A stretch of 63,800 nt of DNA, counting the filler, from Octopus bimaculoides (Eukaryota): the NCBI RefSeq assembly GCF_001194135.2. It is 5 parts of 5 records of this genome, joined end to end, with 100 filler letters (N's around TTAATTAATTAA, not from the genome) between each part and the next. Parts side by side here need not be neighbours in the genome. Positions count along the whole stretch, not along the records: positions 27,663 to 47,918 come from NC_068988.1; positions 48,019 to 52,566 come from NC_068992.1; 3 more parts are not named here. The stretch is one strand, 5' to 3'. The translations under genes were made by a program, and so were the position numbers. The stretch's first letter is position 1. Every line of letters begins with the position of its first letter. Below are positions 36,475 to 48,668 of this stretch, piece by piece. Below the pieces are notes generated by a model. The model had not been told where the DNA came from. It saw only the letters and a list, made by a program, of their open reading frames with translations, and made no database searches.

Positions 36475-38833
36475 TTCTGGTCAACAAGTATTTTTCATCA
36501 AGCGTATGTCAAGGTGTACTTAGTGTAGTTTTTAATGCTGATTTCAAATATACAATTAGTTTATTGACATCAAGTACAGTTTTCAAGATGAGAAAGTTTT
36601 TGGGTTTTAGCTCATGTATTATATAGAAATTCCAATTAATGACGTGTATGCATGTATTTCATTTACATCATGGAAACTTACCTTTAAAATAAACTACATT
36701 ATTCATTGCTGCACAGTTCAGATGCAATATTCCATCATCTTAAATTAACCAATCAAATTTTGTCTGATGAAATAGGTATTTCAACATCTAAAATTGTTCA
36801 GTCATAATTGGTCTAATGAAATATTTCATCATCTCAGATTCAATATAAGTATAACTGTTTGTACCTATTTCCTTACTTGTATCTATTTCCTTACTTGTCA
36901 AGACAGCGTAGAAATCGTCCTGATGTGTCTTGTTATGTCTGTGGACAATTTACTGCGAAAGATAAAAAACGTACAATAACACCAGAGATCAAGAAGATTT
37001 ATAAGCTATACTTTGACTGTCCTTTTGGAGACCAGGACAAGTTATGGACACTACATTTTATCTCTTCAGCTTGCTCAAATGGCTTACGTGACTGGTTCAA
37101 TAAGAAGTCGTCCATGCCTTTTGTCATTCCAATGATATGGAGGAAGCCGAAAGACCATTTTAATGATAGTCATTTTTGCAAAGTAAATGTCACTGAATTG
37201 TCTATGAAGAATAAACACAAAATTGTGTATCCCAATTTGGATTCTGCAATGAGACCTGTGCATCAGAATAGAAGTCTGCCAATTCCAGTTCCATCAGATG
37301 ATGGTATCAAAACATCAGATGATGATGCTGACTGTCACGATAGTGCTGCTGAGGAAGATTACGCGACTGATGACGACAGCTTTGAACCTCAGAAATTTTC
37401 CTAAGCTGAAGTGAATGACCTTGTCAGAGACCTACCCCTCTCAAAAGATAAAGCAAAACTGTTGGCTTCAAGACTGAAGGAGAAGTATCTGCTAGAGCAT
37501 GGTGTTCGTATAACTTATTTTCGGCAGAGAAATGTGGTTCTACAATCGTGTTTTTTCTGATCTGCTTTGCTTTTGCAGCAACATCGATGGACTTTTTGAA
37601 TGTTTATCACAAAATCATGATCCTGCAGAGTGGCGTTTGTTTATTAAACGAAATTTAAAAGCTGTACTTCTCTATAATGATAATTTGAAGCCCTCCATTC
37701 CTATTGCACACTCCGTTCATCTTCATGATCGTATGAGAATATGGAACTTTTGTTTCATGCCATTGCTATGAAAGATACTCATGGAAAATATGTGGAGATT
37801 TAAAAGTCATTGGAATGTTAATGGGAATGCAGTCAGGTTTCAAAAAATACTGTTGTTTCTTGTGTCTATGGGATAATCGGGCAACTGACAGACATTATTC
37901 GGACTCAAACTGGTAGACAAGAACATCATACCAGCCAGGATTGCCTAGCGTCAAGAATACACCTCTTGTAGATCCATGTAATGTTCTATTCCCTCCTTTG
38001 CACATAAAGCTTGGGCTGATGAAACAGTTTGTAAAGACACTAGGGAAGAGAAATGCCAGAGGGTTTGAGTATATTGTAGAAAGGTTTCCCAAAATCACAA
38101 AGACGACGTTGAAAGAAGTTATCTTTGTCGGACCCCGAATTAGAGAAGTACTCATAGATGTCAGCTTCAGGATAATACTGGATGAACTGGAACTGCCTGC
38201 CTGGAATGCCTTCAGTTGGATCTGTAAGAATTTATTGGGCAACAAGAAGGCAATGGACTACAAAAATAGCTTCAAGAATCTTATGAAATGTTACTCAGCA
38301 ATGGGTTGTCGCATGTCACTGAAGATTCACTTCTTGGACTCCCATCTGGATTTCTTCGCAGATAACCTTGGAGCAGTATCTGATGAACGATTTCACCAGG
38401 ACATTAGTGCTATGGAGAAACGGTACCAAGGCTTCTGGAACGACAGTATGCTGGCTGACTACTGCTGGACACTTTACCGTAACAGCCAGATCAGGAACAC
38501 TGCAGGAAATCCAAATCACAATGTTTCTAACTCTGATGCTCTAGCTTTCTCTGTTTTGTCTGACCTATTTTTTGTGTATTCACTCCTTGTAGAATGATAA
38601 TGATGATTTTTAACTCAATAAACTCATTTACTTTCTAAAAATAATATGTCCTTATGTATTATGCTAATGATTTCATATATACAAATATGCAAATATTTGC
38701 ATGTATCTACTGAAACACTGATACGTGTTGCGTACAAATGGAGTGAAATTTTGAATTCAGCATGAAAAATTAATCTAAAAAGGTTGCTTTGCATTCATAA
38801 TGAGTATAATACATTTAATTTTGTTGACCAGTG
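36475..38833 (+). mobile_element. Chapaev3-type (CMC superfamily) DNA transposon, near full length, transposase disrupted
   Basis: Terminal inverted match CTGGTCAACAA (36477-36487) / TTGTTGACCAG(TG) (38821-38833); flanks tta/tca. Transposase motifs RPDVSCYVCG, GDQDKLW, PMIWRKPKDH, YPNLDSAMRP, PPLHIKLGLMKQFVK, SDERFHQDISAMEKRYQG, MLADYCW are split by stops and frameshifts. Confidence 0.85.
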
Positions 38834-39143
38834 TCATCACCTCATGTTAATAAAAGGTACTTAAGAGGGTGTAATTAAATATCTAATAAACACTTCCTCT
38901 AGTTTCATTTTATTTTCTACATCGACTCTGTGAAACACGTTAACCCAGATTTTATAGCAAACGATAAAATTACGGAACTCGAACGGAGCACACGTTGAGT
39001 TCTAAATACTGACCATTTGTCAAGCAGTTTAAGTCTCAAATTACAGTCAACGAATGTATTAAGATACATAATAACGACAATAACAACGACGACGACAACA
39101 ACAACAGAAACAACAACAATAATAATAATAATAATAATAATAA

Positions 39144-40670
39144 CACTCATGTTTATGGTAAAGATGAATCCTAAGTCAGCTCCCTCGTTGATACGGTGTA
39201 CCAGTGCTGATATCAGAATGGAGTTCGGACTGAAAAAGTGTGGGGTGTTAGTCTTGAAGAGAGGCAACGTCAAATGTGTGGACGAGCTAACGATACCGTC
39301 GGGGGAGGTTATGAAGCAAATAGAAGAGACGGTCTATAAGTATTTGGGGTTATTGGAAATGGATAAATTGATGGAGAAAGAAATGACAGAAAAATTTAAG
39401 GTGGAGTACTTGCGCAGTCTAAGACTGATCCTTAAGTCGAAATTAAACGGACGGAATAAGATTGAAGCTATCAACACTTGGGCGGTTTCACTCCTTAGAT
39501 ATGGAGCAGGGGTAATCGCATGGCCAGTAGACGAACTAAACAAATTAGACAGAAAGACAAGGAAGTTGCTGACTAGATATGGGGTACTCCACCCAAAAAG
39601 TGATACAGAGTGTATATACCAAGAAAAAGAGGGGAAGAGGACTGATTGGATGCGAACACAGCATTAAGGCAGAAAAAACAACATAGCATGGTAGGTAAAA
39701 AAAATGCCACAGAACCACTATTATTAGAAGTAAGAAGGTCAGACTTGTGTAGGATGGAAAATTGCTAAGATAAGCACTTGAGAAAGAATGGAACTGAAAA
39801 TAGGTGTATAAAGAAAGAATGCATGGACAATTTCATAAGGATGTCGGAGATAAGACAGACAGAGAAAAAGCTGGCTGTGGATGACTAAAAGTGATTTAAA
39901 ACCGGAAACGGAGGCTCTAATCTGTGCTGCCCAAAAGCAAGCATTAAGAACCAATTAGATTAAATACAGAATAGACAACACATCAGAAAGTGATAAGTGC
40001 AGAATTTGTGGACAAAATGGTGAAACTGAATGGCATATTACCAGTCAATGTACGCCACTTGCCCAGAAAGAATATGAGGCGTGATGACAATGTAGCAAGG
40101 ATTGTCTGTTGGACACTTTCCAACAAGTATGGACTTGACAGAGAAAAAGAGTGATACAAACATAAACCCGAAGGTGTAATCGAAAATGACAATGCAAATA
40201 TCCTGTGGGATTTTATGGTTCAGTGCGACCACGAGATAGAGAATAGGAAGCCAGACATAGTCTTAATTGAGAGAAATCAAACTAGGCTGGATCATAGATA
40301 TAACATGCCCAGCTGACAACAAGGTATGCAATAAAGAAGACAGAGAAGTCGATAGATATGACAGGTTAATCAGTTGTGGTCGATGAAAAAGGTAGTAGTA
40401 GTACCAATAATTGTCGGAGTCCTGGGAACAGTGAGTAAAAATCTTGAGAAGTACATGGAACAAATAGGGGCTGCAATAATGGTGGAGCACTTGCAGAGAA
40501 CAGCACCGCTTGGAACCGCTCGAATACTCCGGAAGGTGCTCGAAAAATAAGAGGTGTTACCTTAGTTCACTGGTAGTGAACAGCTGACACCGTAGTACAT
40601 CTCCAGCGTTAGAAGCTGGAGATATACTACTACTACTACTATATTAATGATGATGATAATAATAATAATA
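39144..40670 (+). mobile_element. 5'-truncated Dong/R4-clade non-LTR retrotransposon (RT C-terminus plus restriction-like endonuclease), decayed
   Basis: MEFGLKKC, YKYLGLLE, SKLNGRNKIEAINTWAV, CRICGQNGET..HI...C, KPDIVL, VVPIIVGVLG, GTARILRKVLE; (ACT)/(AAT)n tail. Confidence 0.9.
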
Positions 40671-40907
40671 ATTCAGTCTTTTATTAGCCACAAGGGGTCG
40701 CATAAAACAATAGTGATATGAGCACAAACTGCAGAGAGTTGCGGAGTCGGAGACTATCAAAATACTCTGGGATTTCCCAATCCAAACTAATTAGGTGCAA
40801 GAGCATAACAGACCGGACCTAGTAGTGGTGCACCACATATGCTATATAGTTGATGTTGCATACCCCTTTAACTCACCAATAGTCAAGAAGGAAGGCGGAA
40901 AGATAGA

Positions 40908-41330
40908 TATGAGGTCTGATCAAGAAGTATCCGGACTGTTGCTGTAGTAAGCAGAGGAGTGTATGAGCCGCACACCAGTGTACCAGTGGTTCAGGCTTTT
41001 CCAAGAAGGCCGAAAAATGTCGATATTGACGAACGTTCTGGGAGACTCGCAACCAGCTGAACCGAGAAAAACACCGCAGATGTGCGTGCAGCTGTGAGAG
41101 AAAATCATTGAATCATCATCCGTGAATTATCAGAGGATGTGAGATTAGTTACGGTTCAGTTCAGTCAATTATCACTGAAGATTTGGGTGTGAGACGCGTG
41201 TCTGCCAAGTGTGTACCAAAATTGCTTTAAGCTGACTAAAATGACACTCGGCCTTTAGTTGTAAAAGATCTTGATTGTGTCGAGAACGATGAAAACTTTT
41301 TGAAAACTTTGCGTAGTCCTCTGAACAGGT
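40908..41330 (+). mobile_element. Mariner (Tc1/mariner) 5' fragment, decayed
   Basis: TIR-like tatgaggtctgatcaagaagtatccgga; FQEGRK..DIDERSGR...IRELSED...VQSIITEDLGVRRVSAKCVPKLL. Confidence 0.8.
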
Positions 41331-42610
41331 ATCGCCAAGCTTTTGGCAAAATTGGATGCATTTTAAGTTAGTGCTGAATTTGTTGTAGCTGTGTGAATGA
41401 ATTTGTTCAGTGACCTGGTCTACTGATTTATCAGGGTTTGTGATAGATATAGACGAACAAGCTGAAGATCTTGAAAATATTTTTGTCTTTACATTTACAA
41501 TCCAACAATTCTTGAGCATAAATTCTGTCCGAAACCACACTGCCCTTAAATATAAAGAATAACACACAGTCCATCAGTTTACGACACCATCCCCCTACAT
41601 AAAGAAATGCTTATGTATGCATGAAGATTAGCAAGTGTCCCTCAGATACAAAAAAATTATCAGTAGTAAAATCTCTCCTAAGACGAGTTGATATAGTTTC
41701 ATCCATTAAATAAGCTTTAAGGAAATCTTTCACGAAAAACAAACATTAGTTAATAATAGACACTATAAAAGATTAGTAGATCAGGCTATTAGGACAATAC
41801 AAGAACAAATCCGCTCATATTGCCACCAAACTTATTATTATAAACTTATTTACTACACAAGCCAAAAACATTCTGGTAACAAAATGGATGAATGCGTCGA
41901 TCAGTAAAGGTCATTAAATAGAACATAACATGTACCACAATGATACACAGATGGCATTTATAATTTAATGCCGTTTCGATTGCGTGCACCGAATTTATTT
42001 TAGCCCGATAAGCTTTCCGCAATATCCGTGAATGTATTATTCACTGTTCGTTAATATATCAGAGGTAACAGATTTCATTTAGGTATGTTGTTACAGATTA
42101 TATGTCAAGAAGGGCGAAACGTGAGTTGCTATTGGGACGACGGTTGTCTCACTCCAATATGTGCTGTTATTGACACAACATGTCCATGTAGGGAATTTCT
42201 CTCAGAAAATGACCACAACATCGTGCCTGTCAATGGGGTATAATGAGAAGACGTGTGACTTAGTGGCTAGGGTATACGGCTCACGGTCATAACACCTTGA
42301 GTTTGATTCCAGGCGATGCGTTGTATCCTTAAGTAAGACATTTTATTTCTCGTTGTTTCAGTTCACTCAGCTGGTAAAAATCAGTTGCACTTTTGATTTA
42401 AAGGTACAGCCATGTCACACTTTGTGTCACGCTGAATTTCCCTGAAAATCACGTGAAGGGTATGCGTGTCTGTGGAATACTCAGCCACTTGTACGCTAAT
42501 ATCACGAACAGGCTGTTCGGTTGATTGTATCAACTGGAACCCTCGTTGTCGTAACCGACGTAGTGCCAGTGTGTATGTGTGTGTACGTAAGTAAAAGAAA
42601 AATATACATA

Positions 42611-43020
42611 GGCGCAGGAGTGGCTGTGTGGTATGTAGCTTGCTTACCAACCACATGGTTCCAGGTTCAGTCCCACTGCGTGGCACCTTGGGCAAGTGTC
42701 TTCTACTATAGCCTCGGACCGACCAAAGCCTTGTGAGTGGATTTGGTAGACGGAAACTGAAAGAAGCCCGTCGTATATATGTATATACGTGTGTGTGTGT
42801 GTGTGTATGTTTGTGTGTCTGTGTTTGTCCCCTAGCATTGCTTGACAACCTTTGCTGGTGTGTTTATGTCCCCGTAACTTAGCGGTTCGGCAAAAGAGAC
42901 CGATAGAATAAGTACTAGGCTTACAAAGAATAAGTCCCGGGGTCGATTTGCTCGACTAAAAGGCGGTGCTCCAGCATGGCCGCAGTCAAACGACTGAAAC
43001 AAGTAAAAGAGTAAAAGAGA
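42611..43020 (+). mobile_element. tRNA-derived SINE family 1 (composite, CpG-intact copy); other copies near 6600-6770, 11476-11645, 21270-21590, 23849-24002, 26723-26892, 59210-59380
   Basis: A-box TGGCTGTGTGG and B-box GGTTCAGTCCC; many dispersed near-identical copies in the window. Confidence 0.85.
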
Positions 43021-44260
43021 ATACATACATACGTACGTACGTACGTATGTATGCATGTATATTTTTCTTCGACTTTTATCTAGGTTCTTAAGAGTTCAAG
43101 TCGGTCGCTAACAAAGCGATAAGAATTTTTAAGTTGAAAGAGTTCCCGGTGTTAGTAAACATGTGGTTGAGTTGGCGTGTTGGTTTAACTGTCGAAAGTT
43201 AAAATCGTCCATCTGAGATTCTTATGTGAATAGATGCACACACTTCTGTGGAGGATATAGCTGATTTATCAAACCTATTGCTTGACTGATGCTTATTTTA
43301 TTGACCTTTCTTCTAAAGCAAAATAACCTCGGCAGGATTTGAACTCAGAATGTAAAATAATAAAGCAATTTAATCCCTCGCTGAACTGATGATATCTGAA
43401 TACGTGTGGCCACAAAGTCACACATATTTGGAGGTGGGTTTCGCAAGTTCTTTGCCTTCTCTTATAATTTCATTCACATCTAAGATGCGTTATAATAGTA
43501 ATAAATCGACCGCCGTACCTAACTGGTACTTTATTTTATCGAACCCGCAAGGGTGAATGGCTAAGTTGACTCCCATCGAGATTTAAATGAGGAAATTCCG
43601 CAAAGGTTGACTTGGCGTTTAAGTTGTAGCTGTGGTAGAGATTCATTATTTTCCGTGAAAAAGGCGACGAGCAGGTAGAATTGTTAGTAGGCCGGGCGAA
43701 ATGCTTAGCGGTATTTCGTCCGTCTTTATGTTCTGAGCTCAAATTCCGCCGAAGTCGACTTTGCCTTTCTTTCTTTTGAGATCGATGAAATAAGTACCAG
43801 TTACGCACCAAAATTTCAGGCCTTGTGCCTATTGTAGAAAGGATTATTTTCCGTAAAAGAATCACAGAAGGGATACAATATTTTTTAACATTGGCTCAAA
43901 GTTACATTTCAGAAACGAAGAGTTCCATTTCATTTTGTCAACCCAGTTTACTACAAGCACTTGTTTTATTATCAAATTCTAAATGATGACTCAAGCGGGA
44001 ATTGAACCCAAAAGTTAAACAGTTGTAAATAGCAGTTGTAATAATGGTGTCAGGAGCAGTAGCAGGGGAAATAGCTGTCGTAGAAGTAGTAAAAACAGGA
44101 GGTGCAATAACAACAGCGAAAGTAGTCGTAGGAGCAGCTTGTGAAGCAGTAGTAGGAACGGTAGCACTGACATCAGCATCATTATTAGCAGCAGCAGATA
44201 CAGTAGTGTCAGTAGTAGAAGTAGGAGGAGAAAGAGTGCAGCAGTGGCAGCAGTAGTAAA

Positions 44261-44614
44261 AGTAGTAGCAGTTAGCATGCAGTAGTAGTTGTAGTGGCGG
44301 TAGCAGTACAAGTAGTAGCAGTGAGCATGCAGTAGTAGTTGTAGTGGCGGCAGCAGTAGAAGTAGTAGCAGTTAGCATGCAGTAGTAGTTGTAGTGGCGG
44401 CAGCAGTAGAAGTAGTAGCAGTTAGCATGCAGTAGTAGTTGTAGTGGCGGTAGCAGTAGAAGTAGTAGCAGTTAGCATGCAGTAGTAGTTGTAGTGGCGG
44501 TAGCAGTAGAAGTAGTAGTAGTTAGCATGCAGTAGTAGTTGTAGTGGCGGCAGCAGTAGAAGTAGTAGCAGTGAGCATGCAGTAGTAGTTGTAGTGGCGG
44601 TAGCAGTAGAAGTA
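44261..44614. repeat. 50-bp minisatellite, ~7 copies
   Basis: gtagtggcgg recurs at 44291, 44341, 44391, 44441, 44491, 44541 and 44591. Confidence 0.95.
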
Positions 44615-45583
44615 GCCTCGAAAAAAAATGAGCACTTGGAAGAAGGTAAAGAAGAATGAAAGAGTAAGAGTGGAGGACAGTAGCAGTAGTTGCTGTAGGT
44701 AGAAGTAGGAGGCAGCAAAGTAAAGAGAAATAGGATTAAAAAACAGATAGAGTAGGAGTAGTGGTTATAACAGCAGTGCTGTGTATAAGCAGTGGTGGAG
44801 GCGGAGGCAGCAGCAGTAGTAGTTGTAGCTGAATGAGTGCGAGAAAGTGGAAGGGGGTGCGAAGAGGTAATATGTGCAGGAGATGGAGGAGCAACAGAGG
44901 TGAGGTCGGGTGGATGGGTAGGCAGGGCCATCGCGGAAATGGTGGAGGGGAAGCTGGATGAGCAGCAGTTAGAATAGTGGTAGTAGTATCTGCAGCAGCA
45001 GCAGCAGCAGTAGAAGTGGTATCAGTGAAAAGCAGTAGTAGCAGTTCAGTGTTTTCGTCGGGTGGTGTTGGTAGGGCAGCCCCAGGTCGAGAGACGAAGC
45101 AACTGCCGGCGGTTGTTTTCGTCGGCTGGCGGCGAAACAACAAACACAAAATATCATATATATATATGTATATATATACATATATGTATATATAAATATT
45201 ATATATTTGTAATAAAGGAGAACAAAACAAAAACAAAATAACAAAACAAAACTATGCTGAGCCAGGACGACGGGCGAAAGATGCGAGATAATCGGCATTT
45301 GCTGATCCACACGGATTACCAGGGACCTCACAATTGGCGACAGTACCTCAGACACGTTCGATCTCTGTCACCGACCGTCGCTGCGGCTTCGTCCGCGGCC
45401 GACCATGGCGACACCCAGACGCGATCTACTGTTGATAATACAACCACAACCACCAACACCACCACTACCACCATCACCAAGAATAACAATAACAAGATCA
45501 ATACAGACAGGTTGGCCAAAGATTTGTTCTGTTCTGTTGTTCTTGTCTCCATGTGTCCGTCCATCTCTGCTTGTGTATGCATG

Positions 45584-45624
<41 letters not shown>

Positions 45625-45793
45625 NNNNNNNNNNNNNNNNNNNNNNNNNNNNNNNNNNNNNNNNNNNNNNNNNNNNNNNNNNNNNNNNNNNNNNNNNNNN
45701 NNNNNNNNNNNNNNNNNNNNNNNNNNNNNNNNNNNNNNNNNNNNNNNNNNNNNNNNNNNNNNNNNNNNNNNNNNNNNNNNNNNNNNNNNNNNN

Positions 45794-45837
<44 letters not shown>

Positions 45838-45977
45838 TTATATGTGTGAGTGTGTGGGTGTATATTTATGTACGTTTATATAGACTTATGTGTATCTGTA
45901 TTTTTGTGTCTCTTTGTGATAAGTTTCCTTTTCCTCTTCAGAAAGTCGATCGAAGGGTTTAAGATGTTTTGTTATGG

Positions 45978-46023
<46 letters not shown>

Positions 46024-47291
46024 GAGAGAAGGATGATCATGTGTAAAAAAAAAAAGACGGAGAGGTAGTTGACTAAATTGGTTGATTATGTTTGGTCGCC
46101 CTCAGGCGATCATCTTTCAAACAATCCCTTCCACATCCAGAGAGACCGATAAAAAAAGAAAGCAAAGAAAAGTAAAGAAGAGGAAAAAAAACCAACAGTA
46201 AATACCCAACAAATATGTGGGTTCGATTCTGTTCCTTCACTATTGAACCAGTATTTGGTAATCACTAGCACCGACCGCCTTTAAATATTTGGAGGAGATT
46301 AGTTATATTCGTCTTCCACGACCTGAGTTCAATTCTCACAGTGGACAACTTCGTTTTATATCGATCTGGCGAGCAGATCTATAATAATAAAGTCGATGAT
46401 TACCAGTCAAAGACTGGCGGAAGGTTTTCTCGATCCGTCGGAACCTTTTCCACAACATTTTATGACCTTTGTAAATTACTTTTGTTTCGCTTCTACAGTA
46501 TTAACTTCCTTGTTTATTGTTTTATATTGCTTTTTCTTCCTTCACGCTTCGAATTACTTAGCGGGTATTTAACACAAAACCTTTATATATCAACTCTATT
46601 TTCTTGATGTGTTATTTTCGTTTTGTTTGTATGATTAAAATACAAGAAAGCCTTTGAATATTTCTCCCTCTACACGTTCGTCATTTGCTTTGTGTTAAAA
46701 TACATCAAACCATTTGATTATCTTTTATATTGACTCCTTTTATGAATCAATAATAATTTTTTTCTTCTGAATCTGTAGCTGAAACACTAGAAACATTGAT
46801 ATTCCACGTCTGACATATCTTTTTGTGTTGTCTTACTTATCTAGTTTACACAGTTAAAATATAACTTCATTTACTTTGATTGCCATTTTCTCTTCTTTTT
46901 ATTTACTCATTCGTTTCCGTGATTAAAATACTGTTATCAAAGTTTTTTTATTTTTCAGATATGTTGTGGTAGTTAGTGAGGTTTATCTAACCTTTCTTAA
47001 TATATCAATCCATCTTCCTAATCATTTCCCCATTTTTATTTATGTCTCTGTGTCTTTATCTCTTTAGCGATCTATCTAATTTCTGTCTGTATTTTGTCTA
47101 TAGATCTATCCGTATTTCTCTACCGATCTATCTATCTATCTATCTATCTATCTACCTATCTATTTATCTATCTATCTACCTATCTACCTATCTATTTATC
47201 TATCTATCTACCTATCTGCCTATCTATTTATCTATCTATCTACCTATCTACCTATCTATTTATCTATCTATCCGTATTTCTCTACCGACCG

Positions 47292-47330
<39 letters not shown>

Positions 47331-47707
47331 GGTCTAGCTGTCTATCTGCCTTTCTCTCTCTAACTTTATACCAATACTAAAATATAAACTTTATATCAAA
47401 GTTAGCTTTAAAAGTAAAGTTTATAAGTTTATATTGATCATTTGCTATCTAGTGTTATTGGCGGTGTTGATGTTATTTAGCTCTAATCAGTTTCATCGAG
47501 CTGACTTATGACTAGAGGCTTTCCAGCAACGACCATTCCAAATAGTTTTCAACAATGGTGTATCTAAGACTACATTATGCAATATGTCCTTCCTTTTTTT
47601 CTTTAAAAACGGCCGAGTGTGATTTGAGAGAACTTTGGTATTCATTTCTAGTAGGTCGAACGACTCGTGTTGATGTTCTTAGGACTTCATGTTATGAAAA
47701 TATTTGT

Positions 47708-47742
<35 letters not shown>

Positions 47743-47874
47743 ATCACTTTCCCTTTCTTTATCAGACCGTCTATCTATCTATATGTTTGTCTATCTATCT
47801 ATCTATCTATTTGTCTGTCTGTCTATCTGTCTGTCTGTCTGTTATTGCTGTTTTACTGTATTTCTTTCTCCCCC

Positions 47875-47918
<44 letters not shown>

Positions 47919-48094
47919 NNNNNNNNNNNNNNNNNNNNNNNNNNNNNNNNNNNNNNNNNNNNTTAATTAATTAANNNNNNNNNNNNNNNNNNNNNNNNNN
48001 NNNNNNNNNNNNNNNNNNATATATATATATATGTATGTATATACATAATCTTTGTTGCTTTCTCGTATACAAGCAGAACCATTACTTGAAAGAA

Positions 48095-48544
48095 TCATTG
48101 AAACGAATCAATGATGATGCAACGTGAGGCCCTCGTATATCTTGAGCCAGGCGAAAGTTTTGCACATTCTATTACATAATGCACAGCTGCGCTGGGTGCC
48201 GCAGTATGAACTATTTTGACATACCTTTTCAATCGTCCAACTGAGAGGTGCACCTTTCCGCATGTTACACATGCTCTGTTGTGAACAATAGCCATATCAC
48301 AATTTACCATTGGTTGATTCCTCTGAGTTCTCTGATGGCTGACCAGCTCCTCATGACTCAAGCACCTCCTCTCAAAAACTACACACACTAAAAGCAACAC
48401 TTCCTCATTCTCCGCAGATCTATTCCTTCTAAGCCTTCTATTCTTCTTGTGCTTCATTCTCTCTCCCTCAAATCTCGAACAACAACTGTGCACTCTCTTC
48501 CTCCAATCCATCTCGGTCTTATGCCCCCTTCTCCCAATCAACAA
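48095..48544 (-). mobile_element. RTE-like LINE 3' fragment with degenerate C2H2 zinc fingers
   Basis: DWRKRVHSCCSRFEGER...RRLRR followed by CxxxxRxCxSxxxLxSHQR and CVTCGKVHLSVGRLKRYVKIVH. Confidence 0.6.
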
Positions 48545-48668
48545 CTGAAATTCCTATCTGTGTCAGAGCAATTCTGAGGCAGTCATTGAATCTCATTTTG
48601 AGTTTATGTGCTGGTTTCTTACCATATTCCTGCTCACCATATATAATGTACTGTTCCATGATAGAAAT

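Noticed and set aside
42611-42690. tRNA gene calls for A/B-box segments
   Set aside because: They run into SINE bodies, are multi-copy, and I could not fold a full cloverleaf.
43938-45236. Mucin-like Thr/Ala-rich minus-strand ORFs
   Set aside because: Derived from triplet repeats and a 50-bp minisatellite that breaks frame; no splice support.
45328-45582. Apparent TM helix LSVLILLLLFLVMVVVVVLVVVVVL as a possible TM exon of the EGF gene
   Set aside because: It is the antisense of an (ACC/AAC)n tract and has no credible acceptor.
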